In this document: positions 10,241 to 20,144 of the stretch, in pieces
How positions within the stretch are numbered: the first letter of the stretch is position 1
Layout of the letters: the number at the start of each line of letters is the position of its first letter
DNA from: Thermodesulfobacteriota bacterium
GTDB taxonomy: Bacteria > Desulfobacterota > Desulfarculia > JACQYL01
Length of the DNA: 64,000 nt
Direction: 5' to 3'
NCBI GenBank assembly: GCA_963675595.2
Contig: CAXXLZ010000002.1
Location: forward strand, 3,680,001 to 3,744,000
Translations under genes and position numbers: made by a program
Notes under the pieces: model-generated
The model's input: the letters and a program-made list of their open reading frames with translations, nothing else
Databases searched by the model: none
Told to the model about the DNA's origin: nothing

Positions 10241-10256
10241 AGCAAGAAAAGTGCCG
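10241..10256 (-). promoter_or_regulatory. Sigma54 promoter
   Basis: Minus strand CGGCACTTTTCTTGCT = GG-N10-GC with canonical TTGC. Confidence 0.65.
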
Positions 10257-10354
10257 AAGCCGGCCGTTGAAGCGGTTTGGGAAGAGGAGTCCAAGGAAAC
10301 ACTTGAAGGGAGCGGCTCGCCCGGAAAGCGGGCGGAGGAATCACCGGAACAACT

Positions 10355-10876
10355 TCATTCCTCCTCTTCTTGAATCCAGCCTCGATCCACCCAGAGTCCA
10401 TAGTACCTGGGTTCCGGCAGGCAGCAGGCGGGGTCGAAATCGGAAGCTTCCACCGGCCAGATGCCTCCTTGCCGATCGGGAGCGGACCAGCCGAACTCGA
10501 TTTCCTTCTCGCATTCCCCGCAGAACACGTAGAATTCGTGGTCCAGGTCTTCGGTGAACTCGTCAAGGACTTCCCAGTCCGAATCTTCTTCGGCTCTAGA
10601 GGCGCAGCGTTCGCAAAGCACCTGATAGTCCTCGCCCCGGTCCTCGACTTCTTCCAGGTTCTTCGCTTCCCAGGCCCAACCGTGCTCTTCGTCCAGTCGG
10701 CCCCATTCCGCGAATTCCTCCACCACGATTCGGGTCTTGTGAGCCGCCACGCCGTCCGGGCCCCTGCCGCACCGACACCGGAGCATTTTCAGGTTGTTGG
10801 TGACCATCCGGCACCCGTGCACCACGATGAAGACGTGGCCGGAACAACGTTCACACCTATACAACTCTTGCGCCAT
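10355..10876 (-). CDS. Acidic hypothetical protein with multiple CxxC (Zn-ribbon-like) motifs
   Basis: CERC, CRC, CERC and CGEC motifs. Confidence 0.7.
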   Translation of the reverse strand: MAQELYRCERCSGHVFIVVHGCRMVTNNLKMLRCRCGRGPDGVAAHKTRIVVEEFAEWGRLDEEHGWAWEAKNLEEVEDRGEDYQVLCERCASRAEEDSDWEVLDEFTEDLDHEFYVFCGECEKEIEFGWSAPDRQGGIWPVEASDFDPACCLPEPRYYGLWVDRGWIQEEEE

Positions 10877-10967
10877 TTTAATTCCAAAGTCCGATCGTTT
10901 TAGTGGGTGGCCGGAGTTCCCCCGAAGGACTTTTCCGCCACTCCACGATTGTGGTCCGGGATTGCCG

Positions 10968-11171
10968 TCACCGTCTGAACAGCCAGAAAATCAGGCTCAG
11001 CACCACGCTGATGAGGATGCAGGTGCCCAGCGGGAAATAAAACGAGAAATTTTCACGCTTGATCGCGATATCGCCCGGCAACCGACCCAACCAGGGAATC
11101 TTGGGGCCGATCATAAGAAACAGGCCGATACCCGCGATGACCAAACCCGCAATAAGCAGCGTCTTTCCCAT
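10968..11171 (-). CDS. DUF2905 family small membrane protein
   Basis: LGRLPGDI...FYFPLGTCILISVVLS signature. Confidence 0.88.
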   Translation of the reverse strand: MGKTLLIAGLVIAGIGLFLMIGPKIPWLGRLPGDIAIKRENFSFYFPLGTCILISVVLSLIFWLFRR

Positions 11172-11626
11172 AAGGTGCCCGTACCCTTTCCCGAAATCCG
11201 CCTGTCGAGCCGTGAAGGTTGTCTTACATGACGGATTCAATCGCCGGAAATACAAGGTAAGCGAGGGTACCACTCGTGTCAAGGACGGGAGAGAGCGGTT
11301 TACTCCAACCTCGGCCGATGCGTCCAACCGGTCCGTCTCAAAGGCCGGTTCACACCGTCCGGTGAAGCACGATGAGATGCAGGGCCCGTAAGCGCCGAGG
11401 GGTCAACAAGCGCATGGGTCCAAAAGGTCCTCGGTAGCGTGTTCACGGCTCCGAAATTCGTCTTTGATGTGAGCCTCTCCGCCTTCGGCGGGGAGGCGTT
11501 TGGAATGGGCACGGGAGAAGACTCTTTCGGAAGCTCCCCCCAGTGCATTTTCTCGTACGTGGAGTGTGATTCACTGACGAGGCATGAAGCGCAACACCAC
11601 GGATTGCGTTGCTCGACAATCCGGTA

Positions 11627-12685
11627 TCAGGCGTCGCAGTCTTCCTCGACAATGCTTTCCTTCAGAGCCTTGAAGCTCGGTACGGCCACCGGAAACAGCC
11701 GATCCCGTTCCGGGTAATACATGAGGCGATAGGAAAACCCCATGTTGCCTTGCTCGTTCATCACGTCCCATCCCCTTCGGAAATAGCAGCAGTCGTCGTT
11801 AAAGCATACGTACATGAACTCGTTTTCCCACTCCGTGAAGGGATTCTGGGGCACGGCCCATTTCTTCATCCGCTCGCCGCAGTATGGACAGATAAGGGAA
11901 CTCTTGACCTGCGCACTTCTTGCCTCCACCAGGGCCGGGTCCGTTATCTCCACGGAATCCAACTTGGGCAGCGGTCTTTCGGGGCGATCGGGATTTCCGC
12001 CCTTCTTGTCGGCAGACACCGCATAAATCGGATCGCTGGGAATCCCGAGGTAGGCGTATTTGTCGTCCGTCGGTCGCGGCTTTCCCTTGGAAACGAACAC
12101 GCGAGCCGGCTCGAAGTCATTCGTCACGCGGAAGAAATCCTCCACAAGCATGACTCGTTCCGCTTCGTTGGATTCTTTCCAGATTTTCACCGCTTTTTGC
12201 GGAAACATGCGGTTGGAAAAGATCACCAGAAACAGACCCCCCGGTTTCAGTATCCGGGCGATTTCCCGGAAGACCTCCAACGGCCGGGTCATGTAGTCCA
12301 CGGACACGGTATTGAGCACCACGTCAAAGGTTCCATCCTCGAAAGGCAGGATCGGGTCCTCATTGAGGTCATGCAGCACGTATCGAGTCAGACGCGGGTT
12401 CTGCTTCAGTTCGTTGTCGTTGAGCCCCACGCCCACCACTTCGCGAGCGGAAAAATCCTCCGGCAGGTGGGAGTCCCATCCGGCCATGAGGTCCAGAACC
12501 ACCGGGTCCTTCTCCACCGTCAGATTGCCGATGAGTTTTTCCACCGTGTCCAGGGCCAATCGGTCCAGATGGCTGACAAAACGATCCCTCGCGTAAAACT
12601 CGCGGTCGCTGCTCTCGTCCATTCGAGAGAACAACTCGGAGGTATACACGGAAGTCCTCGCTCCGTGAGATTGGGTTTCCATCAT
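11627..12685 (-). CDS. Class I SAM-dependent methyltransferase fused to a C-terminal Cys-rich Zn-ribbon domain
   Basis: VLDLMAGWDSH, LPFEDGTFDVV, ILKPGG, FSNRMFP; C-terminal CPYC...CFNDDC. Confidence 0.85.
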   Translation of the reverse strand: MMETQSHGARTSVYTSELFSRMDESSDREFYARDRFVSHLDRLALDTVEKLIGNLTVEKDPVVLDLMAGWDSHLPEDFSAREVVGVGLNDNELKQNPRLTRYVLHDLNEDPILPFEDGTFDVVLNTVSVDYMTRPLEVFREIARILKPGGLFLVIFSNRMFPQKAVKIWKESNEAERVMLVEDFFRVTNDFEPARVFVSKGKPRPTDDKYAYLGIPSDPIYAVSADKKGGNPDRPERPLPKLDSVEITDPALVEARSAQVKSSLICPYCGERMKKWAVPQNPFTEWENEFMYVCFNDDCCYFRRGWDVMNEQGNMGFSYRLMYYPERDRLFPVAVPSFKALKESIVEEDCDA

Positions 12686-13344
12686 TGCGAACTCCTTTCC
12701 AACATTTCTTCGGAGAGGAAGCGCGATTGCAGAACGCGGCCTTCCACCCCGTGCAAGCGGGGGGCCTTATGGCTCGTCTTCTTTGAATCCGGTGTGAGGC
12801 GCTTTTGAGAAAAACGTCCTACACGCAACCCCGCGGAAGAATTGGACTCAGCCGCGCCGCTCTTCGCGAAGCGGCCGAGGAAGAAATGGGACCCCCGAAG
12901 CCGAGTTGGTGGAACCATTGGTCGACTTCGAACGGCCCGGGTAACGCAACCACGCCGGTCCGATGTGGGCGGTTCGGCTTTCACAAGATTCCGAATTCAT
13001 GGATCGGAAAGCCTGATAAAATGACCTCGCGTGATTGTCCTTTCTTAATACGGTAAGGACGACCGGCACCTTGTCAATGAGACGGCTAGGCGCTCGCCGT
13101 ATAGCCGACCAAAAGTAAAGGAGGGAAACCGACAAGCCGAACCACACCCCGTTCATATTGACTGGGAGCTTCCTTGCCGATTCGGGAGATGCAGGGAACG
13201 TTGAAAATCGGTACGGAAGTCGATTTCCGCCTCAGCCTCTTCGCCGAAGGCGGTAAGGCCTGTTCGGAAAGTTCCCTTCGGTGAATGATTACCGGGCTCC
13301 TATATGGTATGGCAGGGATGGTTGGGGCATGCGGGAGCTTGTGA

Positions 13345-13490
13345 GGCTGTTGAAAAAAAAGCGATCTGCGGCGTTGCGCTTCATCCCTCGGCACTGCGAC
13401 GTATTCCATGTGCGTCTCATTCTTCAGGATTTGCGCGCCTCGCATCTCATCGTTATTCAGCGGCCTGCCCCAACCGGCTTTTTTCAACGG
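13345..13490 (+). mobile_element. MITE-like repeat, family M
   Basis: GGCTGTTGAAAAA...TTTTTCAACGG ends; near-identical to 24198-24343. Confidence 0.85.
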
Positions 13491-13604
13491 GATGTTGAGG
13501 CCGTGCGCACCTCGGGAGATCAAGCGCTTTGCCCTCAACCGGATTTCCGAATACGGCCGAAAAACGTAGGATCACTTCGACTCTGCGAACTGTGGGGGGG
13601 AACC

Positions 13605-14246
13605 GTGTCCGCTCTGGAAGAAATCAAGGCTGCGATTGTGGACGGCGACATTTACGGCGCCGGGGACAAGACGACTCAAGCCGTGGAGCAAGGCGTCTCC
13701 GCGGCGGACGTACTCAACGAAGCCGCATTGCCGGCGATCCGCGAAGTGGGGGACCTCTGGAATCGGGGGCGGTATTTTCTGCCCGAGGTGGTCATGAGTT
13801 CCGAGGCTTTCAACGAAGTCACCGCGCGGCTGCGACCCTACCTTACCGGCGATGAACGGCCCTCTTTGGGGCGGGTGATCATGGGTACCGTTTCCGGAGA
13901 CCTGCACGATCTGGGCAAGAATATCGTCATCGCCCTGCTCGAGGGAGAGGGATTCCAGGTGACGGACCTTGGGGTGGACGTGGCCGTCGAGCGGTTCGTG
14001 GAGCAGGTGGAAGAGCTTCGACCGGACATCCTGGGGCTTGGAGCCTACATGTCCACCACCATGCGGGCCATTCCCGAAGTCATCGAGGCGCTGGACAAAC
14101 AGGGCCTCCGCTCGGGCGTGCGCATCATGGTGGGCGGCATTCCCGTGACGCCCAAATTCGCCGAGGACGCGGGCGCCGACGGCTACGGCGAAGACGCTTT
14201 CGAAGCCCTGTCCAAAGCCAAGGCTCTTGTGAAAGGAGGCGTTTGA
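13605..14246 (+). CDS. Corrinoid (cobalamin-binding) protein, MtaC/MttC-like
   Basis: B12 cap domain plus GDLHDLGKN...VGG base-off motif; GTG start at 13605. Confidence 0.92.
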   Translation: MSALEEIKAAIVDGDIYGAGDKTTQAVEQGVSAADVLNEAALPAIREVGDLWNRGRYFLPEVVMSSEAFNEVTARLRPYLTGDERPSLGRVIMGTVSGDLHDLGKNIVIALLEGEGFQVTDLGVDVAVERFVEQVEELRPDILGLGAYMSTTMRAIPEVIEALDKQGLRSGVRIMVGGIPVTPKFAEDAGADGYGEDAFEALSKAKALVKGGV

Positions 14247-15359
14247 ATGAGCGCGGCTCCCAAGAAGAAACGCATCCGCATCGCGGCCCAGTGTCACGAC
14301 CATTCCGTTTTGCTGGCCGGGGTTTCCTTCAACGATTTCTACACCGACGCGCGGGTGTTCACCGACACCCAGCTCCTGGTGACGGAATACTACGGCTTCG
14401 ACGCGCCCAATGATTGTTGGGACATGTACAACATTGAAGCCGAGGCCATGGGGCAGAAGATGATCTACAGCGGCAAGGCCATGCCGGATATCGACCGCCG
14501 AGAGCCGCTCATCCGCACACACGCCGACCTGGACCGCATCCAAATCCCGGACCCGCACCGATCCGGACGCATGCCCTACGTTCACCAAATCAACAAGCTG
14601 TTCCTCGAACGCACGGGCCGACCGGCGCGCATCTATTTCTGCGCCCCCTTCAGCCTGGCCATGAATATCCGGGGTTACGTGAGCCTCATCAAGGACATGA
14701 AAACCGATCCGGCCTTCGCACACCGGCTGATGGAATTCCTGTGCGAACGGATATTGGCACCCTATATCCAAGCCATGCGCGACGAAATCGGCCAACCGGA
14801 ATACATCGCCTTCGGCGTGGACGCCTGGGCTTCGCCGCCCAATCTAAGTTTGGACATGTTCGACGAGTTCGTGATCCCCTACACGGACCGGCTGCGGGAA
14901 CTCGCCGGCGGCACGGTGGTCACCCTGGGTCAATGGGGCGACGTGAAAAGCCGTGATCCCGAGCGGTTCCTGCTCCAGAAACTCGCCACCTGCCCCATTT
15001 TCGTCAATGTGCTGGACCCGGACCTCAACCAGATGGACGCTCGCTGGGTGAAACGATTCGCCCTGGACCGGAAACTCATGGTGTCCGCCGGGGTCGACGC
15101 CGCCCTGATCATGGACGGTCCGGTGGAAGCCATTGTGCAACGCCTCAAACGATACATCGACGAAATGGGACGCGACGGCGGTCTGATCCTCTACCTCAAC
15201 CAGATTCCCGTGGATACCCCTCCGGAACACGTGCACGCCGCCGTGGCCGTGGTCAAGGCCCTGGGAGAACTCCCCATTCCGGAAAACCTGGACGAGATCG
15301 ATATTCCGATTCCCAAACGGGAATCCTTCGCCGAGTTCGTTCGACGGAAGAATGTGTGA
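14247..15359 (+). CDS. Uroporphyrinogen decarboxylase family methyltransferase (MtaA/CmuA-like)
   Basis: EAEAMG, SGRMP, APFSLA and IPVDTPPEHV motifs; translationally coupled to the corrinoid protein. Confidence 0.8.
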   Translation: MSAAPKKKRIRIAAQCHDHSVLLAGVSFNDFYTDARVFTDTQLLVTEYYGFDAPNDCWDMYNIEAEAMGQKMIYSGKAMPDIDRREPLIRTHADLDRIQIPDPHRSGRMPYVHQINKLFLERTGRPARIYFCAPFSLAMNIRGYVSLIKDMKTDPAFAHRLMEFLCERILAPYIQAMRDEIGQPEYIAFGVDAWASPPNLSLDMFDEFVIPYTDRLRELAGGTVVTLGQWGDVKSRDPERFLLQKLATCPIFVNVLDPDLNQMDARWVKRFALDRKLMVSAGVDAALIMDGPVEAIVQRLKRYIDEMGRDGGLILYLNQIPVDTPPEHVHAAVAVVKALGELPIPENLDEIDIPIPKRESFAEFVRRKNV

Positions 15360-15368
15360 GTGCTGGTT

Positions 15369-15687
15369 GGGGCCTATTCATAGACGTTCCGGTTCATCCG
15401 ACGGCGGCATTTAGCGGGTGCGGATTTCCCCGGCCGCTGACATTCGTTTCCCCTGTGAACCTCTCCGCCGAAGGCGGTGAGGTCCGCCTAAAGGGTTGCC
15501 CAAGCCCCTCAGAAAACTCTGGAGTGCGGGTCATGCGCCTGCGGCGTATGATCGAGGCATGGAACTCCGAGGGGGCCTATTCATAGACGTTGCGGTTCAT
15601 CAGCCGGCGGCATCTAGCGGATACGGATTTCCCCGGCCGGACATTTGTTTCCCCTGTGAACCTCTCCGCCGAAGGCGGTGAGGCCCG
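15369..15687 (+). repeat. Two ~117-bp direct repeats (15369-15486, 15572-15687), each ending in a reverse family-R hairpin
   Basis: GGGGCCTATTCATAGACGTT...CCCCTGTGAACCTCTCCGCCGAAGGCGGTGAGG occurs twice, ~203 bp apart. Confidence 0.85.
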
Positions 15688-15830
15688 TTTATCGGAGCAT
15701 GGCGGCTGGAAGTTGAACTCCCGAGGGCTCGGGCCGAAAGGCCCGCTGCCCACGCTTAAAAGGTTTGGGGAAGGGTGAGGGAAACCCTTTTTCAAAAGGG
15801 TTTCCCTCCTTCAACGATAAAGGAATATTC

Positions 15831-16730
15831 ATGGATTCATTTGAAGCCGAACAGAAAGTCCTGCGTATTGGTGACGTGGTCTTGGGTGGGCGTACGGGGG
15901 AGTATCCCACGGTGCTTATCGGGAGCCTGTTTTTCAACGGCCATCGTATAGTAAAGGATGCGGACAAAGGGGAATTCGACGAGGATGCGGCTCAGGCGTT
16001 GATCGAGAGGGAGGGGGAACTGTCGAGGAGCACGGGCAACCCGCGCATCATCGACGTTATCGGGGAATCCACGAAAGCGTTGCTTCGATACATTCAATTT
16101 ACGGCTCGGACGACGGATGCTCCCCTGCTGTTGGATTCGCCCTTTCAGAAGGTTCGGATGGAAGTGGTGCGGGAATTGGCCGGCTCCGAACTCATGAATC
16201 GCATCATCTACAATTCCATTGCCGAGGATTATACGGAGGAGGAGGTGGCGTGCCTCAAGGAGTGCGGTGTGAAGCACGCCGTGGTGTTGGCCTTCAGCAA
16301 GCGGGCCATGAGGCCCAAAGACATGCTGCGATTGCTGGAAGACCGGCTGCTTCCCGCGGCGGATCGGGCGGGGATTCGGAACCTGCTGGTGGACGTGGGC
16401 GTGCTGGACGTGCCCGGAGTGGGTTGGGCTTCGGAAGCCGTCCATGAAGTGAAAGACAAGTTCGGTTTGCCCGCCGGCTGCGCCCCGGCCAACGCCTTGT
16501 ACCAGTGGCGTGCGAAATCCAAAGGGTGGAAGGAGTTCACCGGAGCCTCCGCCGCGGTGCTCACCGTGCCCCAGTGCTTCGGAGCGGATTTCCTCATGTA
16601 CGGCTCCTTGGCCAATGCCCCATGGGTGTATCCCGCCTGCGCCGCAACGGACGGCTTGTTGGCCTATCGCGCGCGTTTGCACGGTGTTCGGACTCTCGTG
16701 GAAGAGCATCCGCTGTATCGGATCTTTTGA
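15831..16730 (+). CDS. MtrH/MtgA-family methylcorrinoid:tetrahydrofolate (pterin) methyltransferase
   Basis: EQKV..IG...GG..GEYPTVLIGSLF..GH, IYNSI, GLPAGCAPAN and GADFLMYG motifs. Confidence 0.88.
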   Translation: MDSFEAEQKVLRIGDVVLGGRTGEYPTVLIGSLFFNGHRIVKDADKGEFDEDAAQALIEREGELSRSTGNPRIIDVIGESTKALLRYIQFTARTTDAPLLLDSPFQKVRMEVVRELAGSELMNRIIYNSIAEDYTEEEVACLKECGVKHAVVLAFSKRAMRPKDMLRLLEDRLLPAADRAGIRNLLVDVGVLDVPGVGWASEAVHEVKDKFGLPAGCAPANALYQWRAKSKGWKEFTGASAAVLTVPQCFGADFLMYGSLANAPWVYPACAATDGLLAYRARLHGVRTLVEEHPLYRIF

Positions 16731-17196
16731 GACTGGGCGGAGTGCCGGCTTGAAGTCCTTCATCAGGGCGGCCGCAGGGGAAAGCCGCGCCCCTGCACCC
16801 CTGCCGGGGGACCCATGGCCCCCCGGACCCCCGTTGCGTTTTTGCGAATCGCGTACGCGATTCGTAAAATGAGCAGCATTTGTCGTCCAACATATTGAAA
16901 TGACTAAATGGTTTTGGGGGTGTGCCTCGGATACCCCTCTGAATGCTCGCGCTTCAAGAATGTGTGCCGGTGCATTATAAGCCTCTGGGCGCTCCGCCGG
17001 AGGCGGTGCGGCCGAGCTTGAGAGTTTTGCGGGGGGGCTGGGGGGTGCTTTTTCCCAAAAGCACCCCCCAGTGAAATGATTCAAGCGGCTGTAAGAAGAC
17101 CTTGGTTGCCGACTTACAAATTGTTGGCTGAACGAAAAGCAGAAGCAGTTCCGTCACAAATTCCCGAGTCTTCCGTGAATCCTTGGGGGATGCCGA

Positions 17197-18693
17197 ATGG
17201 TTGATAAGGATGTGTCCGGTGTGATGCCGAGAGCTGAAAACTCTCCGGGTCTTTCAAGCCCCGGGAAAGACGAGACCGCCGGCAGGACGAAATGGATTGT
17301 ATTTTCACTGGTGGCCGTTGCGGTGTTCATGTCGACGCTCGACACCAGCATTGTCAACATTGCCCTGCCGGTGATCATGAAGGATCTAAAGGCGCCGCTG
17401 ACCACCATTCAGTGGATTCCCATGATCTATCTCTTGAGCGTGTCGTCTCTTCTGCTCCCTCTAGGGCGGCTCAGCGATATCCAGGGAAGACGCCGGGTTT
17501 ATTGCGCGGGATTTTTGCTTTTTTCATTGGCATCCCTTTGGTGCGGCGTGGCGCCCAGCGCCGTTTGGCTGATTGCCGCCCGATCGCTGCAGGGCGCTTC
17601 GGCCGCCATGCTCATGGCCTGCTCCCCCGCCATTCTCGTGGATACCTTCCCCCCCGCCGAGAGGGGCAAAGCACTGGGGGCGCTGGGAGCGGTCGTCGCC
17701 TCAGGCCTCATCGCCGGGCCGGTCATCGGCGGCCTGATTATTCAGTCGCTGCCGTGGCGGGTCATCTTTTTTGTCAACGTGCCCATCGGCATTGTGTCCA
17801 CCATACTCGCCCTTCGAATTCTTGAGGATGCGGAAGCAACCATTGACGGCAAACAGGGCTTTGACTGGAAGGGAACATTTTTTCTGGTGGTTGGACTCAG
17901 TTTGTTTATCTACGTCATTTCCAACGCTTATTCCTGGAATCCGACATCTCCGCGCACCATTGCGGGGTTATCCGTTTCAATCCTGGTCATGGTGTGGTTT
18001 CTTCGTGTTGAAAAGCGCACGGATTCTCCCATATTTCAAACGTCACTGCTGAGAATTCGTCTTTTTCTTTTTCCGCTCCTCGCCGCATTCATACTGTACG
18101 TCAGCCTGTTCACCATGATTTTTCTCATGCCCTTCTATCTGGTTTATCCCTGCGGTTTATCCATTGAAAAAGCCGGATACACCATGGTGATCCCTTTTGC
18201 CTTTCTTTCTCTAACAAGCCCTCTTTCCGGGTACGTCTCGGACCGGACGGGGTCCCGCACGCTTTGCACCCTCGGAATGCTGGTGATGTCGGCGGCGCTG
18301 TTCTACCTGTCCCGGATTACGCCCGAACACGGATACCTTTCCGTGGCCTGGCCCCTGGCTTTGGTGGGAATCGGAACCGGTATTTTCGTTTCACCCAACA
18401 GCTCAACCCTGATGAGCGCCGTGCCGCAAACCCACAGGGGGGAAGCATCCGGTATGTTCGCGGCCGCGCGAAATCTGGGAATGGCCATCGGCGTGGCTCT
18501 GTCGGGTCTCATCTTCAACAGCATCTTTCATTCGCAGAGCGGAGGCCTGGCGTTAAAGGAATACAGACCGGACCTCGAGACGGTTTTCCTGGCCGCTTTT
18601 CGGTGGGCTATGCTCGCGGGGGGATTCGTGGCCTGCATCGGTGTCGTCGTATCCTTCCTGCGCGGCGGTGAAGCGGCACGAAATAAGGGGTAA
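17197..18693 (+). CDS. MFS drug:H+ antiporter (DHA2, 14 TMS)
   Basis: LDTSIVNIALP, GRLSDIQGRRR and WRVIFFVNVPIG motifs. Confidence 0.92.
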   Translation: MVDKDVSGVMPRAENSPGLSSPGKDETAGRTKWIVFSLVAVAVFMSTLDTSIVNIALPVIMKDLKAPLTTIQWIPMIYLLSVSSLLLPLGRLSDIQGRRRVYCAGFLLFSLASLWCGVAPSAVWLIAARSLQGASAAMLMACSPAILVDTFPPAERGKALGALGAVVASGLIAGPVIGGLIIQSLPWRVIFFVNVPIGIVSTILALRILEDAEATIDGKQGFDWKGTFFLVVGLSLFIYVISNAYSWNPTSPRTIAGLSVSILVMVWFLRVEKRTDSPIFQTSLLRIRLFLFPLLAAFILYVSLFTMIFLMPFYLVYPCGLSIEKAGYTMVIPFAFLSLTSPLSGYVSDRTGSRTLCTLGMLVMSAALFYLSRITPEHGYLSVAWPLALVGIGTGIFVSPNSSTLMSAVPQTHRGEASGMFAAARNLGMAIGVALSGLIFNSIFHSQSGGLALKEYRPDLETVFLAAFRWAMLAGGFVACIGVVVSFLRGGEAARNKG

Positions 18694-18784
18694 GGTAAGT
18701 ATTCACGGGGGAGGGGATTTTTTTATTTATTTATCGGGGGAAACTTTCGAGAAAGTTTCCTATGTGGCCTCAAGTCAAGCCGGA

Positions 18785-18965
18785 ATTGGATAACCGTTTC
18801 CTATTCGCGCCCGAAGCGCCAAGTACACATGCGATGTAGAAGCGAAGATGCCGCCATTTCCCCAGCGCTACCGATGCAGCCAAACTTTATCGCGGCCGTC
18901 TCCGCTTTTTTCTCCCGGCTTGAGGCTCGGGACCCACCTCAAGTATGGGTCCCGAGCCGGTTGGG
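18785..18965 (-). ncRNA. Predicted bridge/seek RNA of the IS1111-type element
   Basis: 5' hairpin (18924-18958); internal loop with AAAGUUU and GGGGAAA matching both target strands; second loop with AUAGGAAA matching the circle junction. Transcript ends are inferred. Confidence 0.75.
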
Positions 18966-18990
18966 TTCTCCTAAACAAGTCCTAACCGGC

Positions 18991-20079
18991 TCATGCTTGG
19001 TCCGCTTGGAGACGAAATTCATAGGTCCGTTTTTCCATGGTCAATCGCCATAGAACAACGGCCAGTTTCCGTGCCAACGCACAAATGGCCTTTTGTGGAA
19101 GGCCCGTTCGCGACAGGAGTTTTCGATAATGCGAATCAATGGCCGGATCCCTGGACTTCCACGTCCAGGCCGCCTCCACCAACAGACTCCGCAGTCGCGT
19201 CTGACCCACGGGAGGAAGCGCCACTCGAGATTTCCGCTCTCCGCTTTGTCTTACCAACGGTGCGAGTCCCAGATAGCTGGTCACTTCCTCCACCCGATGG
19301 AACCGACTCGGGCGAAACAATTCCAGGAGGAAGGTAGCCGCTGTGATGGGACCCACCCCGGGGACGCTTCGAAGGCATCGCATTTCCTCAAAGTGTTCAG
19401 GTTTCTCGCACACACTGGAAGTCCTTTCCTCCATGAAGGCTTTTTCCTTTGTGAGGAAATTCAACTCACGGAGCAAGCTGAGCAGCGTCGCTTTGGCCTC
19501 CTTCGGCAGACGAAGCTTTCGAAGTTGCGCCACAGCGCTTCGGCCCCAATGATTGAGCCCGGGAGGCGCCTCCACACCGTGAAACAGCAGAAGGGATTGA
19601 ATTCTCTGCTTAACGCGTCGAGTGCCGTCGGCCAGATCGTGCCGACGGCGAATTACGCTGCGTTCGGCCTCCTCTTCCTCCGTGGGAACGGCGATGGACT
19701 TCAATATCCCTCGGGCGGCATGGTCCGCCAACCGCATGCAATCCAGGCGGTCGGTCTTGGCCCCCGCAGTCACCGGCCTAGGGACCCGACTCGGCGCCAC
19801 CACGATCACGCTGAACCCGGCTTTGGCCAAAGTGCGCGCAAGGCCGAAGCCGGTGGGCCCCGCTTCGTAGGCTACGGCTCGGATGCGCCTCAAGTGGGGG
19901 AGCAACATGGCCACGATGGCCTCCGGAGAGGCCGAGGACACAAAAGTCTTCACCTCGCCGTCGCTGCGAAGCACGGCCACGTGGTAGCTCTTTTTGTGTA
20001 CGTCGATCCCGACGTGGAAATCACGGTCGATATCCAGCTCCAAAAACTTGGCCAATTCTGTTACTTTCGTTGCTACCAT
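18991..20079 (-). CDS. IS110 family DEDD recombinase/transposase
   Basis: GIDVHK, YEAG, KTDRLD (DEDD); SVPGVG and RQSG catalytic Ser; RBS AGGAG upstream of ATG 20079. Confidence 0.95.
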   Translation of the reverse strand: MVATKVTELAKFLELDIDRDFHVGIDVHKKSYHVAVLRSDGEVKTFVSSASPEAIVAMLLPHLRRIRAVAYEAGPTGFGLARTLAKAGFSVIVVAPSRVPRPVTAGAKTDRLDCMRLADHAARGILKSIAVPTEEEEAERSVIRRRHDLADGTRRVKQRIQSLLLFHGVEAPPGLNHWGRSAVAQLRKLRLPKEAKATLLSLLRELNFLTKEKAFMEERTSSVCEKPEHFEEMRCLRSVPGVGPITAATFLLELFRPSRFHRVEEVTSYLGLAPLVRQSGERKSRVALPPVGQTRLRSLLVEAAWTWKSRDPAIDSHYRKLLSRTGLPQKAICALARKLAVVLWRLTMEKRTYEFRLQADQA

Positions 20080-20144
20080 GTTGGTCTCCTTTCTGTTTGG
20101 GTGATGCTCCATCATAACGATCGAGCACCTGAGGCCAACATGGT

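Noticed and set aside
13281-13604. N-terminal extension of the corrinoid protein (likewise 24181-24234 of the carboxyltransferase and ORF 687-887)
   Set aside because: These are read-through of family-M MITE sequence; better starts lie downstream.
15369-15687. Direct repeats as a CRISPR array
   Set aside because: Only two ~117-bp units built from REP modules; no short regularly spaced repeats and no cas genes.
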